From Eledone cirrhosa (taxonomy: Eukaryota): 64,000 nt of DNA. The notes beneath the pieces were generated by a model that did not search any database, was not told where the DNA came from, and worked only from the letters and a program-made list of their open reading frames with translations. The stretch lies in NCBI GenBank assembly GCA_964016885.1, contig OZ024743.1, positions 249,550,001-249,614,000 of the forward strand, read 5' to 3'. Below are positions 63,601 through 64,000 of the stretch, piece by piece (position 1 is the stretch's first letter; each line of letters starts with the position of its first letter). Both the position numbers and the translations under genes were made by a program.

Positions 63601-64000
63601 CATCGGTAGGGGTTCTCCTACATGGATATAAAGTAGTGGCCGTACTCGAAAACGAGTTGGCAGCCACCATGTATGTATGTATGTATGTATGTATGTATGT
63701 ATGTATGTATGTATGTATGTATGTATGTATGTATGTATGTATGTATGTATGTATGTATGTATGTTATGTATGTTATGTATGTTATGTCAGGTCACCAGTT
63801 GGTGCTACTGGTAACATGTATCCCAGTACAACCTGTCCCATGGTCGGGTCGTTGGCGACTAAACTGGCAAACCCACCAAGGTTTCTTGGTGAGGAGGGTG
63901 ACTTTGGACATCCTGCAGGACTAAAAACAAAACCTGTCAAAGGGCAAAGGAGCTCTTAAGAGTCAATGGCCATCCAAAATCACCGGGAGAGATGACCCCT
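43445..64000 (+). repeat. Retroelement-derived tandem array: 608-bp unit A (25 full plus 1 partial) and ~294-bp 5'-truncated unit B (7 copies), separated by variable (TATG)n; runs off the window
   Basis: A starts at 43617, 44295, 45739, 46401, 47109, 47875, 48525 ... 63062, 63787. B starts at ~45000, 45363, 49206, 49569, 52739, 54505 and 57684. Copies of each type differ by only a few SNPs. Confidence 0.97.
43617..44224 (+). mobile_element. Representative unit A: bipartite non-autonomous non-LTR retroelement (LINE-like 5' leader plus LINE 3' end), probably RTE-related
   Basis: Hairpin-rich leader; ORF remnant MGPALCVSNCHKCSVCTRVFKSLAGLKSHTRSAHR* at 44057-44164; short 3' UTR with stem-loop GTGGC..ACTCG AAAA CGAGT..GCCAC (44191-44222); microsatellite tail. 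Dispersed relatives lie at 2640-3049 and 29326-29697. Confidence 0.75.

Noticed and set aside
43445-64000. CRISPR-like array or tandem protein-coding gene cluster (repeated 79/80-aa and MYVC ORFs)
   Set aside because: The long segments are identical rather than unique spacers, and there are no cas genes. The ORFs are by-products of the repeat unit and (TATG)n.

Overview
Repeat-dense eukaryotic DNA. The SINE, RTE, Helitron and microsatellite landscape resembles a cephalopod (Octopus-like) genome, which is an inference. No prokaryotic genes, rRNA, tRNA genes or CRISPR were seen. Most of the first 43 kb (about 12.7-42.9 kb) lies within a minus-strand SLC22-family (organic cation transporter-like) gene that the ORF track misses. 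Five exons are recognisable (42814-~42905, 23970-24073, 21434-21588, 14882-15050, 12723-13060). The gene looks pseudogenised by a GT>AT donor change, a 35-bp RTE-tail insertion and a truncated first exon. Its introns and flank hold decayed transposons: a CsRn1-type Gypsy element, a near-complete RTE LINE with a single frameshift, a Penelope-like element with a hammerhead ribozyme, Helitrons, a maT/mariner deletion derivative, a CRE-clade fragment, CR1 and RTE fragments, tRNA-SINEs and minisatellites. The last ~20.5 kb (43445 to the window end) is a near-homogeneous head-to-tail array of a 608-bp non-autonomous retroelement. Each unit has a structured 5' leader, a C2H2 zinc-finger ORF terminus, a 3' stem-loop and a (TATG)n tail. 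There are 25 full copies, 7 5'-truncated copies of a second variant, a partial last copy and a ~4.2-kb higher-order repeat. A diverged homologue of the same leader, with the same TATG|TCAGGTC junction, is fused to a CRE-clade endonuclease region at 1691-3049. This suggests a (TATG)n-targeting, self-stacking retroelement system that has become a satellite.
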